A stretch of 64,000 nucleotides of DNA, taken from NCBI GenBank assembly GCA_023381415.1, contig JAMCUN010000020.1, positions 7,070-71,069 on the forward strand, written 5' to 3'. The translations under genes and the position numbers were made by a program. Each line of letters begins with the position of its first letter. The stretch's first letter is position 1. The notes beneath the pieces were generated by a model that did no database searches, had not been told where the DNA came from, and saw only the letters and a program-made list of their open reading frames with translations. Below, in pieces: positions 1-10,275 of this stretch. The stretch is from Thermoplasmatota archaeon. Lineage in GTDB: Archaea > Thermoplasmatota > Thermoplasmata > Thermoplasmatales > GCA-001856825.

Positions 1-2076
1 CCGGATAATGTAACTGAGAAGAATAAGAGGAGGCATCAAAACGAGAAACACAAAGGCCATTCCTCCGTCCTCGATAGATAAGAATATGGGTTCTCCAAGA
101 CTCTTCTCCAGCTGTATGACTACGGGTATTCCAAAGGGAGGTATTTTCTCATATGGCCCCGAATAAATTACCGTCATCGTTGGTTTCAGGAAGCTGCCTG
201 GAATGAAGCTTCCCTGCAGTTCGCTTCCATTCACAACTACCTTTCCCACAGATGGTACTCCTGCGATGTACAGAGCCACCGAACTCTGGTTGTGAAAATA
301 CATCGGAATGTTTGTCTCTAAATCTAGTGTGTAGGACCCGCTGAGGGTTGCGTTGACCCGGAACGAGTACGTTATACCCCTCCCTTCCAGATGCATAGCA
401 GTCTGTGAAGAAACTCGAAAAGAACTATTTGATATGCCTGCAGTGACATTTCCGTAGGAGCTTCCGAACAACTCCAGCGTTGGATCTATTAAAGGGAATG
501 GTAATTCTAGGATTTCAGAGAAGCTTGCGCGCTGTAGACTGGTAGTTCCTGGATCGTTTACGGCAACGTACTGGTTGGATGGCAAAGTCAGATACCCTTC
601 AAGATAGTTTGTATACTTGCTCTCCATCAGTCCGACCAACGGAACGGAGTAAGTGACTACGAGTGAAGTGCCGTTGAGGGATTCAGAGACTTGATTTGCA
701 TGAAAAGTATTCAGCGAGCTTTCAAGGAACATCCCGCTCGGAACACTGGATGCAACTGGTGCAAGGATTATCAACGCAACAACTGCAAGTGCTGATATGG
801 TGGATAACTGAGCGATCAAGCTCTTTTTGAGCCTCATTACGGTTCCCTTCTTCAGTTTCAGCACTATCGGTATGAGACAAAGCAACGCAAATGAGTAAAG
901 AAAACCAAGGTCATCGTTCAGTACCGGCGGATAGAAGTTCCTTATAGCCAATATTTTCAGATTGACATCCGAGAAGTATATCAGGAACCCAACAGAATTA
1001 ATAGTCTGCATCACGCCGAAGCTCAGTGCGTATATGAACCAGAGAAGGCCTATGATCATCCACCTGCGGTATACCACGGCTATGATGATCGCGAAAGGGA
1101 TCACTGATGCAATGTAGCTGGGCAGGTTGTAGGGATTCAGAGCTGAAAAGAGGACACCCTGGATGAGCAGGGATGAGACCAGGGACTCCCTTCCCACCTT
1201 CTCTTTCTTCAGCAGGAAATAGGAAAATGAGGCTACAAGGGCAGAGCCGTAGTACACATAGTTGTAGAACTCACCGGGAATTCTGCCTGCGAGACCAAAG
1301 ACGTTCAGCATATCAAAGATGGAGTAGTACGACACGGAACCAGGTGAAATGTATCCGGAAGGGTTACTCGGCGAACCTGCATAGTACCCCACTCGGTAGT
1401 ATACATACAGGACTGACAGCTGTCCTATCGCTGCAGTGGCTGCCGCAACTGCAAGGAATAGCAGCGCTTCTTTTCTACCCTTCTCATTGTTGACATATCT
1501 GAGGAGGAATGGAATGGAAAAAACTGGGTAGAGATAGGAACCGACCGACATTCCATATAGTGCGGCAGAGACAAGTGTGTTCTTCTTGAGAAGGAAGTAG
1601 ACGGATGCAATGAGGAAGAACATCGACACAACTATTGCGGAACCATATATCACGGAGGTAAAAAAGTATATCGGAGAGGTAAGGAGGAGAAGAGCAGCAA
1701 TGTGCCCGTCGTGCCCCATCTCCTCTATGACCTTGCAAAGAAAGTATGCGGTTAGAAACGTGAATACTATAAAAGGAATCTTTACGCCGAGCTGTATTGA
1801 GAGGACGTTGCTTATTCCAGCTATAGAAGCAACAATCGTAAAGAAGTACCCGCCTATGTTTATGACGTCGTAGTACAGACCCATGGGTAGTCCGTAAGCA
1901 GGGTTAACGCCGAGAAAGTAAAAGAACTGGGCATGCTGTGCGTAGATAGCGTCGTCAAAGGGATGTGCAGCTATCGTACCTACTATCAAATATAGCGCAA
2001 AAACCGCGGAGTAAATTATGAACGAATACTTTCTGTCCGTAATCGACTGATGAACGTTTAGAATATTATGTTTGCT
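1..2076 (-). CDS. Polytopic membrane protein, probable GT-C-fold glycosyltransferase (PMT/ArnT-like). The C-terminal end runs off the window.
   Basis: My own translation of the minus strand: the frame ending at nt 1 is open for 692 codons up to a TAA at 2079-2077. It is absent from the ORF track because the window edge cuts it. It has many hydrophobic helices. The first loop reads AAHPFDDAIY, an acidic DD motif as in GT-C enzymes. A large C-terminal non-membrane part is rich in N-x-S/T. There is no ATG/GTG/TTG upstream of the first predicted helix (first TTG at 1989), so the start is unresolved. Confidence 0.7.
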
Positions 2077-2359
2077 TTATCTGCAAAGAGCGGCGGTAGA
2101 AAATCTCGTTTGGAGATTGTATCCAAAAACAAATCCGACAATAATAAAAGTGGCTGCACAGTTTATCCGCCAGAACTGATTGGGTCAATAGTTATCTTTT
2201 AATCTAGATGCGGATAGACTTTCCTCTGAAAGCAAGGGTTATTCATTTGGTGGATTGTTCTTTTAATAACTGGATTCTGGAACGGTAATCTTTGACCGTC
2301 TTACGAGGGGGAGGAAATAAAGTATAAGTACTTAAATATTAATCAGTCGTCAATATAAT

Positions 2360-5300
2360 ATGAATTCAGAAAAACTGGAAGTGATTGGAGTTGTCGTGTT
2401 CGTGGCAACCCTGTTGGCTATGTCTGCATTCGTACCATCATTTATAGGTTTCAATCCATCGGCTGGCGATTACCAGCCAACGCTTTCACCTTCTTCCGCT
2501 GTTATGGACGTGGGGCAAAGTATCAACTTGGTCGTTACCAGCGTAAGTTCATCATCACTCGGTGGTTCTAGCCTTGGGTCTTCCCTTGGGAGCTCTTCCC
2601 TAACCGGATCTTCTCTAAGCAGCTCTTACACATTCTACTGGTACATCAACGGTAGCTATGATGCTTCCATAAGTGGCCCTGGAATGGTAAGTTACACCTT
2701 CACTCCGACAGGAGCAGGCGTTTATGCGTTTTATGTAATTACCTCCAGCATTAGCAGTAGCTCACTGGGAAGTTCCTTGAGTAGCTCCCTCGGCAGCTCT
2801 CTGTCAGGGACTTCTTCACCTTCCAACACGGTCAATATTGTGGTAAACCCAGCTCCCGTAGCTGAAATTAATGGTCAGAAGTCAGCTTCCCTGCTTACTA
2901 CTGTGAGTTCAGTAACTTTAACTGAGTTAACTGTGGCTGCAAGCGTCGAGCCAGGGACCGGAACAGGACCTTTTGAATTTTATGCAGAACTTAGTGTTTC
3001 TAACGAGCCATCAATTCCGTCTTCCAGCCAATCAGGGTGGTCTTCTTCATCCTTACAAACAATCACTTACTATGGGGTTCCTCCTGGGGCCACATATTAC
3101 GTATTCCTATTCGTTGAAGACACTGGAGTGAGTAGCGGCAGCCCCTCACCATTAGTTTCAACGAATTACGCGACTGCGACTCTGACATCTGTCGCAACTA
3201 TACCCCAATATCAGGTAACTGTCAGCGCGGTCAATGGTACGTCCAATCCGTCAGGAACTGCGTCATATTCCGAATCTTACGCCCTACAACTCACCGCAAC
3301 TCCAGTATCAAACAGTTACGTATTTACATCCTGGACTGCCAACAACAGTCAGATTACGATAGTCAATCCATTATCACTCAGTACTTATGCGATAATAGGA
3401 GGATCTGGTACCATTAAGGCGAATTTTGAAGAGGCAGTTTCTACCACAACCGTCTTCACAACCGTTTCCAGCAGCGGTACTTCCACAACCTCGATTGGTT
3501 CAGCGACACTGAAAACCAATGGTGCTACTCCTGGGAGTCTAACGGTTACCATGTCCGTTTTAACGACCAGTAGTGGGCCCACAACCTCAACACCCACTGG
3601 AACTTCTTCTATTTCCATGACAAGCGTAGTTGTAGTCCTAGACCTGAAACTTACTTCGACGTCTACAACTGGTACTGTAACGGTATCCTACAACAGCCCG
3701 TCTGTGACGCCTTCTACCCAGATTCTCTACTGGAATGGCGCATCCTGGACTGTTGCATCTGACATCACAGTAGTTGGAACTACTGTTTCTGGGACGATTC
3801 CCATTGCAGACCTCACGGCAACTCCTATAATGATAGGTACAGTCTTCACCGCACCTCCGCCTCCACCAGTCACCAAGTACAATGCCACTTTCGCAGAAAC
3901 TGGTCTCCCATCGGGTGCGCCCTGGTACGTGAACATAACGGGCCAGCCGTCGTCAGGTCCTATAGTGACGGAAGAGTACAACGTGTCACTCCCCTCTGGC
4001 AATTACACCTATTCCGTCTCAAGCGGCTACAAGGTACCTGTGTCAAATGAGACATTCAAGCCCGTAACTTCGACTGGAACTCTTGTGTTGAATAAGACAG
4101 CAGTAGTTGCGGTCAAGTTCATACCAGTGACATTCCCTGTCACGTTCACAGAATCTGGCCTGCCATCTGGAACACTCTGGTATCTGAACGTCACAAATAT
4201 GGGCGGAGTGAAGCAGTCCTTCACTTCTACTTCAACAACGATATCGTTCTCCGAGCCAAATGGCACATACTCCTATGCAGTGGCATCGTCCAATAATCAA
4301 TATGGCTCGCCTCCAGGATTGTTCAAGGTTAACGGTGCAGCCGTAAATGTGTCCGTAACGTTCACCCAGGCAAAATACTCAGTATTGTTCACAGAGTCCG
4401 GCCTCCCGACTGGTACTACATGGTCCGTGACACTTAACGGACACGTCCAGTCCTCCACTACCCCGACAATGACATTCACTGAGCCGAACGGAGTTTACTC
4501 CTATTCAGTCGGGAACGTCAGCGGATACTTCCTGCCTTCGAGCACGGGAAGCGTGACGGTCAATAACGCCAATGTCACATTGCAGATATCCTACGAGAAA
4601 CTTCAGAAGATAACTGTATCAGAGACTGGTCTGCCGACGGGGACAGAATGGTTCTTCAACGTGACGAATGTAGCCGGTTCAACCCAATCGTTCAGTTCCT
4701 CATCCACAACTGTTTCATTCCAGGAAGTGAATGGCACATATTCCTACACAGTAGCAACTCCCGACAAGGTATACTATCCTTCACCGTCTTCCGGTAAGCT
4801 AAAGGTAACAGGAACGGAAACGCTCAGCGTAACGTTCAGCCCTGTGACATACTCCTCGGTATTCACTGAAACTGGACTACCATCCGGTACTTCCTGGTCC
4901 GTCACCTTCAACGGAGTGACTAGATCGACTACCTCCAGTTCTATATCCTTCACCGCAACAAACGGAACTTACCAGTTCGCAGTCTCCTCCATATCTGGGT
5001 ACAGTGCGAGCATCTACTCTGGCAGTATAACAATCAACGGTGCTTCTGTGACTACTTCCATAAGTTGGACTCTGGTCACCTACCAGATAACGATATCCCA
5101 GACTGGAATATCTTCAGGCACATCATGGTCTGTCACCCTTACTGGAACGACGTTCAACAACCAATCTGTCAACCTCACGCAGACTTCCACAAGCGGGCAG
5201 ATTATCTTCACCGAACCGAACGGAACTTACCAGTATGCAGTTCATCTGCCGGCACACTACAGCGGGACAAACCTAACGGGATCCCTCAAGGTGGTTGGAG

Positions 5301-5437
5301 CTTCAGTTTCCGCTATGGTAACTGCAAAGAAGATCCCTGTCACAAACTACACCCTCTATATAGTGATCGGCGTGATAGTCGTCATAGTGATAGCACTGAT
5401 CGCAGTGCTGCTAGTGGTGATGAGAAGGAAGAAATAG
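2360..5437 (+). CDS. Large membrane-anchored cell-surface protein with Ser/Leu/Gly low-complexity inserts and six tandem ~80-aa repeats
   Basis: 1025-aa ORF with an N-terminal hydrophobic signal/anchor (VIGVVVFVATLLAMSAF). A PPPPP hinge is followed by six repeats with the signature (F/V)TE(S/T)GLP(S/T)GT.W...NGTY.Y. The C terminus has a TM helix plus RRKK. There are many N-x-S/T sequons. A TATA-like AT-rich box lies about 20-35 nt upstream of the ATG. Confidence 0.85.
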   Translation: MNSEKLEVIGVVVFVATLLAMSAFVPSFIGFNPSAGDYQPTLSPSSAVMDVGQSINLVVTSVSSSSLGGSSLGSSLGSSSLTGSSLSSSYTFYWYINGSYDASISGPGMVSYTFTPTGAGVYAFYVITSSISSSSLGSSLSSSLGSSLSGTSSPSNTVNIVVNPAPVAEINGQKSASLLTTVSSVTLTELTVAASVEPGTGTGPFEFYAELSVSNEPSIPSSSQSGWSSSSLQTITYYGVPPGATYYVFLFVEDTGVSSGSPSPLVSTNYATATLTSVATIPQYQVTVSAVNGTSNPSGTASYSESYALQLTATPVSNSYVFTSWTANNSQITIVNPLSLSTYAIIGGSGTIKANFEEAVSTTTVFTTVSSSGTSTTSIGSATLKTNGATPGSLTVTMSVLTTSSGPTTSTPTGTSSISMTSVVVVLDLKLTSTSTTGTVTVSYNSPSVTPSTQILYWNGASWTVASDITVVGTTVSGTIPIADLTATPIMIGTVFTAPPPPPVTKYNATFAETGLPSGAPWYVNITGQPSSGPIVTEEYNVSLPSGNYTYSVSSGYKVPVSNETFKPVTSTGTLVLNKTAVVAVKFIPVTFPVTFTESGLPSGTLWYLNVTNMGGVKQSFTSTSTTISFSEPNGTYSYAVASSNNQYGSPPGLFKVNGAAVNVSVTFTQAKYSVLFTESGLPTGTTWSVTLNGHVQSSTTPTMTFTEPNGVYSYSVGNVSGYFLPSSTGSVTVNNANVTLQISYEKLQKITVSETGLPTGTEWFFNVTNVAGSTQSFSSSSTTVSFQEVNGTYSYTVATPDKVYYPSPSSGKLKVTGTETLSVTFSPVTYSSVFTETGLPSGTSWSVTFNGVTRSTTSSSISFTATNGTYQFAVSSISGYSASIYSGSITINGASVTTSISWTLVTYQITISQTGISSGTSWSVTLTGTTFNNQSVNLTQTSTSGQIIFTEPNGTYQYAVHLPAHYSGTNLTGSLKVVGASVSAMVTAKKIPVTNYTLYIVIGVIVVIVIALIAVLLVVMRRKK
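2540..2827 (+). repeat. Two Ser-Leu-Gly low-complexity inserts (about 2540-2626 and 2753-2827) inside the surface-protein gene
   Basis: The translations are SVSSSSLGGSSLGSSLGSSSLTGSSLSSS and SSISSSSLGSSLSSSLGSSLSGTSS. The codons are diversified, so this is not a perfect DNA tandem repeat. Confidence 0.8.
3875..5350 (+). repeat. Array of six tandem ~80-90-aa protein repeats (TE[ST]GLPxGTxW ... NGTYxY)
   Basis: Repeat starts are read from the translation: KYNATFAETGLPSGAPWY, FPVTFTESGLPSGTLWY, YSVLFTESGLPTGTTWS, KITVSETGLPTGTEWF, YSSVFTETGLPSGTSWS, YQITISQTGISSGTSWS. Confidence 0.85.
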
Positions 5438-6530
5438 GACTGTAAGAAACTCTTAGGTCGAGGGCAAAAGAGAATACAAAGAAGGGCATGCATGATAGAA
5501 CGTGCTAAAGAGATGGGAGGCTAGTCTAAAAGAAGCCTTCCGCTCGTCTAGCGTTTATGGGATTAGCGGGATGGATTCCTAGCAAGGTTAAGTCGGTCCT
5601 GTCCTATCCGACAATTAAAGGGACGATTAGGGAATCCGCCTCTATAGCGGACCGAAGATAAATCAAGCTGGTACCATGTCCATCTCCCACAGTTCTCTTG
5701 GCGTATATCTTTCTGCCATTCTGACGTACAGCTCCTTCAGATCTTCATTTGGCACTATTTTTGTAACTGTGAGACTTTCTCTTTTCTCTGCCTCTATTCT
5801 CTTACGTGTTTCGTCAACCTTGTGTCCGTACTCCTTTCTTACCCCCAATCCGAATGCCATTTTCTGTTCTCTTACCATAATGCCTGGCCTGCGCTCTCCT
5901 CGTTTATCGCACCTCAGACTTCAGTCCATTCTCTTCGGAGGATTCGTCGCACCGTTTTCCAGCACGCAAACATTGCCATCGTAGGTGCCTTATCTGATGT
6001 AGACCTGTAACTCTTCTTTGTAGTTCCGTGTATCCGATAGTACCTCGCCTCCACTCCGTCAAGCTTGAAGCTGAATGTCCTGCCCTATCTAACAATCCTA
6101 TCGAAGGAGTTTATAACAGTTAGTTTAAACTCGCCTGGCCCAGACTACTCTTTCCCGATGTTTGCTTGGTCACCTTGTACTTGGTTCTGGTTTCTCACAA
6201 AATTAGATGGTCTGGGCTGCATCAACTAGGTAGAATATTTGACGAGTGAAAAAAATACTACCAGACCTTGACGCAATGGAAGCTGTTAAACTTGACAGAC
6301 GCGATACAATCAGACCTATTGTTTACAACCTATGCGTTTTAGGCCGACTGAAAAGGGGAAATACTGCACAGCATAACATTTAATTCAGGGTATTGTCTGA
6401 ACGAAATAAATTAGACTAACGCTTAGCCATATTTACAAATCAGTCCAATCCTCTTTCCTGTACAAGATCCCTAAAGGTCTTAACTGCTGTAGTCAACACA
6501 AATGAGGGAAATGAGTTACCAAAGGACTAT

Positions 6531-6573
6531 TACAAAAATTGAAAAGAAAAAGAAAAAGTATTAAAATTAGGGT
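6531..6573 (-). terminator. Oligo-T terminator region downstream of the S-layer-like gene
   Basis: Immediately 3' of the TAA (6576-6574) the minus strand reads ACCCTAATTTTAATACTTTTTCTTTTTCTTTTCAATTTTTG. Several T-runs like this are the usual archaeal termination signal. Confidence 0.6.
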
Positions 6574-9500
6574 TTACTGTTTCCTCTCTTCAGATGCCTT
6601 TCTTGCTGCCTTGTTGGCTGCACTCACTGCAAGGAATGATATGACCAGAGTTATCAGCACAAGAACGATTATGACTATCAGGAATATCTCGAGCGTCGGG
6701 AATCCCGATGTCTGGTTCTTGACTGTCTGGACAGTTGCATTCAGGTCTCCAAGGTTAGTCTGTATTTGTGATACTCCGTTAGAGGTTGAAGTTACAGTTC
6801 CGCTTAGTGTTCCGAGATCCGTTGTTATAGTTGCGATTCCATTGCCGTTCGTTGTGACCTGTGTTCCTATTGAAGAGAGCGATGCCTTAACCTGACCGAG
6901 TGTGGTGTTTATCGTTGCTACATCGCCATTAAACGTTGCGATGCTGGCGTTGAGTGATGCAAAGGATGTCATTATCGATCCAAGGTCAGTCTGCACTAGT
7001 ACCTGTCCTGACTGAATGCCCGCCACAGTTGCGTTTATCGCGGCAAGTGTTGAGGTCATTGTTCCGAATGATGTTGTTATCTCAGCTGCAGTGCTGTTCA
7101 GCTTGACTACTGCTGCATTTAGTTCGGAGAGCGGTACCTTCATTGCGCTGCCTATAGCAGTGTCTATGACCGCAGTTATGTTTCCAACTCCCACGACCAG
7201 GGCTCCAGACCCAGAAACAAGCTGTAGGTAAGCGGAATGTGTTCCTGTATATCCGGACAGAGATACTTCAGTAGTTGTAGCCGCAGTCTCTGTCGTATAG
7301 GTGGTCTGAGACCATCCGAACGATACCATGTAATAGGAGCCTGCTGCCGCATTCGGCATCGTGAAAGAGCCACTAAGTTCCGTTGCTGATGTATATGTTG
7401 CAGTTATAGACGTATAGGCTGTGTTGTTAAGGTATACTGTTACAGAGATTGGTGAATAGTACGGGGATGATGAAGCTGTAGTGCTTGGCGCATGGTATCC
7501 GTTAGTTCCTGGAGTCCACGTGAAACTTATAAGCTCCCCTGGGAAGGCAGTTGTAGTTGAGTCGCCGGGCGTCAGGCTTAGCGTGATAGAAGTAGGCGCT
7601 TTTATCACAAAGCCTGCGGAAGCTGCAACTGTCGTGGAGCCTACTGGCATCACATTTACTGTATAGTCTCCAGGAGCCATTGAAGGAACATCAAATGAAG
7701 CACCTGTTGCAAGGGTTGACCCTGTCTCTGTGAGTACAAGATCTGTTGCAAAGTATACGTTGTAGTATCCCGTACTTACAAGGCCAGTCGTTGTTGCTGT
7801 GATTGATGTGCCGGATGGGCCGCCGTAAGAACTAAGGGTTAGATTCGCAGAAACAGAGTATGACGAGTACACATAGTAGTTAGTCCCTGAGGATGATACG
7901 ATTGTGAACACTGCATAGGTGCCGGCTGGTTGGGCTGATGGTGCAATCGATGTTGCAAATGCTCCATATGTTAACGTTTCGCCTGAGGATACCCTGGTAG
8001 GAGTGGCTCCGTAGGATGCGTAGTACAGAGCAGGTGAACTTTCATATCCGTAACCCACGACTTCGTAACCGGCAGTTAAGGCAACTACCATTAGAGTTCC
8101 GCTGCTAGCCGAAGAACCAGCAGATGACACTACTACAGGCAAAGATCCCACTGAAGCAGTAGCGACAGATTGACCGTTGTAAGTCACATTAAGGTTATAG
8201 AGGCCGTTTGATGTAGGCACCGTGAATGTGATACTTCCATCGTTGGTAGTTATACTAATTCCAGATGTAGCGGTTCCGCCAGTGGGGGTGAATGCTAGCG
8301 TAAGCTCGTTGTTGTTCATGTAGACGTTGTATTCGTTGGTAACTCCAGGGTAGAGATTCGCGTCGTATGGGATGAGTCCAGAAAACGAAAGTGTCTCTCC
8401 AGTTGCGCCGTTGCTGAGTATGGTGTAAGACGTTGAAGACCCTTCGACTGTTACAGTGGCTGAGCCTATGGCTAGATATTCGTAGGTGTGTCCATCGAAT
8501 GCGGATACACTGTTAGCGGACGTTATGGTTGCAATAGTACTAGTTGACGGCGGAGTTGAAAGCGCTGCATAATCTGGGCTATATGTGAAAATCAAGGTTC
8601 CATTTGCAGCAGGAGTGAATTCTCCAGTTGTCGAACTCTCAGTACCTACTGATACGGACGTAACTAATCCGCTTGCTCCGACACCGGTTGCACCTGAACT
8701 TGGAGCTACTAGACTATCGTAGAAATCATACGTGCTCGTAGTAGGTAGAAGACCGTATGCCTGTACCGTGAAGAGTGCACTTGATGGTGCATACTCTCCA
8801 TATGAAGCAGTTATTGCCGTTCCAGAAGTATCAACCACTTGGAAGAACGCTTGTATTGTTTGGGCTGTAGTCCATCCCATCGTGGGTGATGTTGATAAGT
8901 CTGATGAAGCAGCAACTGCCTCAGGCAGATAGGATCCTCCTGGGATTGCAGGTACAACAGTCGTGACACTGCCGGCACCATTGGAGTCTGTCGTCAGACC
9001 AGTTCCGACTTCAGTAGGGCCGAGCCAGAATGTAACGCTGGTGGAAGCTGGGAAGTTCCATACACTAATTGCTACAGAGTCATTGACGTTGTAAGTTGTC
9101 CCGGTGGTTGCTGTAACACTAAAAGAGAAGCCAAGGGCAGATGGGTTAGGAGAAGATACGATTATCGTACCGACATCACTAAACTCTGTCCCACTTGCAT
9201 CGTACATTGTTATATCAACGACTCCGGCTGTCGATGTAGGCACTAATGCGGTAGTCAGGCCTGTTACCGTAATTGTGAATGATCCAGCAGAAGAAGTCGT
9301 GAAACTTGATACTAACCCTTCATACGTTGTGCTCGATAGGTATATTGTGTGTGTCGGAGATGCGCTTGTTGAAGCGGCAAACGAGTCGCTTGCTGGGAAA
9401 CCATATCCGTTAACGGTAAAAGTAGAAGTGGTTGCTCCACTGATTGATGAAGGGGAAACCGTTATTGTTGGTTCCAGATTAAAGGTAGTGAATGCGGTCA

Positions 9501-10230
9501 AGCCGAAGTATGTAGATGAGGATGATGATTCCTGTGCAACTATGTCATATGGTAGACCTGAAGCCGAGCCTGGAAGATCAGTTGGTATAGTCAGGGTGAC
9601 TCCCGACGCAAGAGCTGATTCACTAACGCTGCTCAGAAGAGTGGACCCTCCTGCATAGTTAAGGTAGAGCGTAATTGTAGAGCTTGATTCAAATGAGTGA
9701 GAGGCAACACTTGATACTGTGACTTGCTCATTCGGGGTTACGGTGCTTGGAGATACTGAAATTTCAGGATTTATAACCGATGAGGAATAAGCATTTATTG
9801 TCACAGGAGCTGTAAATGTTGACCCGCCATCATCGCTGACCGCTATATAATAGGTTCCTGCACCAGTTACAACGGTAGAACCGCCAGAAATGGTTATTGC
9901 AAGATTAGACATTGTCGTCGTACCAGCAGGCAAAGTAACAGTGGCTGGTGAAGTTGTTAGGAGTGCGCGAGCACCTGATGCAAAGCTTGTAGATGCACTG
10001 ACATAGAAAGTCAGTGTTGCTCCTGATCCAAAAGTTCCACCATTGAAGACTACAACAGTTGAAACGATTCCGCTACCGGAAGTTTCGACAAAGACCGTTG
10101 GATCTGCCGCTATTGTTCCGCTCGCAGCATATGCAGGTGTTGCTGCGAAGGTAAGAATTGCAAGAGCGCTGAATATCATTGCTGCTGCGATCAATACCGT
10201 AAGCATTTTTTTGGTATTAGGTTTATACAT
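6574..10230 (-). CDS. S-layer-like surface glycoprotein (signal peptide, Ser/Thr-rich beta-rich body, C-terminal coiled-coil-like stalk, TM anchor)
   Basis: 1218-aa ORF. The signal peptide is MLTVLIAAAMIFSALAILTFAATPAYA. The body is very Thr/Ser/Gly/Ala-rich with many N-x-S/T sequons. The last ~200 aa show heptad-like periodic segments (TDLGSIMTSFASLNASIATFNGDVATINTTLGQVKASLSSIG...). These are followed by the TM helix LEIFLIVIIVLVLITLVISFLAV and a basic tail. The gene has a strong TATA box, a Shine-Dalgarno sequence and an oligo-T terminator. Confidence 0.75.
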   Translation of the reverse strand: MYKPNTKKMLTVLIAAAMIFSALAILTFAATPAYAASGTIAADPTVFVETSGSGIVSTVVVFNGGTFGSGATLTFYVSASTSFASGARALLTTSPATVTLPAGTTTMSNLAITISGGSTVVTGAGTYYIAVSDDGGSTFTAPVTINAYSSSVINPEISVSPSTVTPNEQVTVSSVASHSFESSSTITLYLNYAGGSTLLSSVSESALASGVTLTIPTDLPGSASGLPYDIVAQESSSSSTYFGLTAFTTFNLEPTITVSPSSISGATTSTFTVNGYGFPASDSFAASTSASPTHTIYLSSTTYEGLVSSFTTSSAGSFTITVTGLTTALVPTSTAGVVDITMYDASGTEFSDVGTIIVSSPNPSALGFSFSVTATTGTTYNVNDSVAISVWNFPASTSVTFWLGPTEVGTGLTTDSNGAGSVTTVVPAIPGGSYLPEAVAASSDLSTSPTMGWTTAQTIQAFFQVVDTSGTAITASYGEYAPSSALFTVQAYGLLPTTSTYDFYDSLVAPSSGATGVGASGLVTSVSVGTESSTTGEFTPAANGTLIFTYSPDYAALSTPPSTSTIATITSANSVSAFDGHTYEYLAIGSATVTVEGSSTSYTILSNGATGETLSFSGLIPYDANLYPGVTNEYNVYMNNNELTLAFTPTGGTATSGISITTNDGSITFTVPTSNGLYNLNVTYNGQSVATASVGSLPVVVSSAGSSASSGTLMVVALTAGYEVVGYGYESSPALYYASYGATPTRVSSGETLTYGAFATSIAPSAQPAGTYAVFTIVSSSGTNYYVYSSYSVSANLTLSSYGGPSGTSITATTTGLVSTGYYNVYFATDLVLTETGSTLATGASFDVPSMAPGDYTVNVMPVGSTTVAASAGFVIKAPTSITLSLTPGDSTTTAFPGELISFTWTPGTNGYHAPSTTASSSPYYSPISVTVYLNNTAYTSITATYTSATELSGSFTMPNAAAGSYYMVSFGWSQTTYTTETAATTTEVSLSGYTGTHSAYLQLVSGSGALVVGVGNITAVIDTAIGSAMKVPLSELNAAVVKLNSTAAEITTSFGTMTSTLAAINATVAGIQSGQVLVQTDLGSIMTSFASLNASIATFNGDVATINTTLGQVKASLSSIGTQVTTNGNGIATITTDLGTLSGTVTSTSNGVSQIQTNLGDLNATVQTVKNQTSGFPTLEIFLIVIIVLVLITLVISFLAVSAANKAARKASEERKQ

Positions 10231-10238
10231 TATTTTAA

Positions 10239-10275
10239 ACCTCCAACTTTAGGAGATAAGTGATAGTATATATAC
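10239..10275 (-). promoter_or_regulatory. Promoter and ribosome-binding site of the S-layer-like gene
   Basis: GTATATATAC (10266-10275) is centred about 40 nt upstream of the ATG at 10230. GGAGGT (10244-10239) lies 8 nt before the ATG. Confidence 0.55.

Noticed and set aside
1173-1873. Four small ORFs (68-106 aa) from the track in the first 2 kb
   Set aside because: All lie within or antisense to the 692-codon open frame of the edge-truncated membrane protein.
5663-5878. 71-aa K/E-rich ORF as a real gene
   Set aside because: No recognisable motif or promoter. It looks like the tail of a frameshifted remnant, so I kept it only as part of a finding.
9104-9658. 184-aa plus-strand ORF, and several other 60-70-aa ORFs, inside the S-layer-like gene
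   Set aside because: They are antisense shadow ORFs of a long, compositionally biased minus-strand gene. They have no motifs and no start context.
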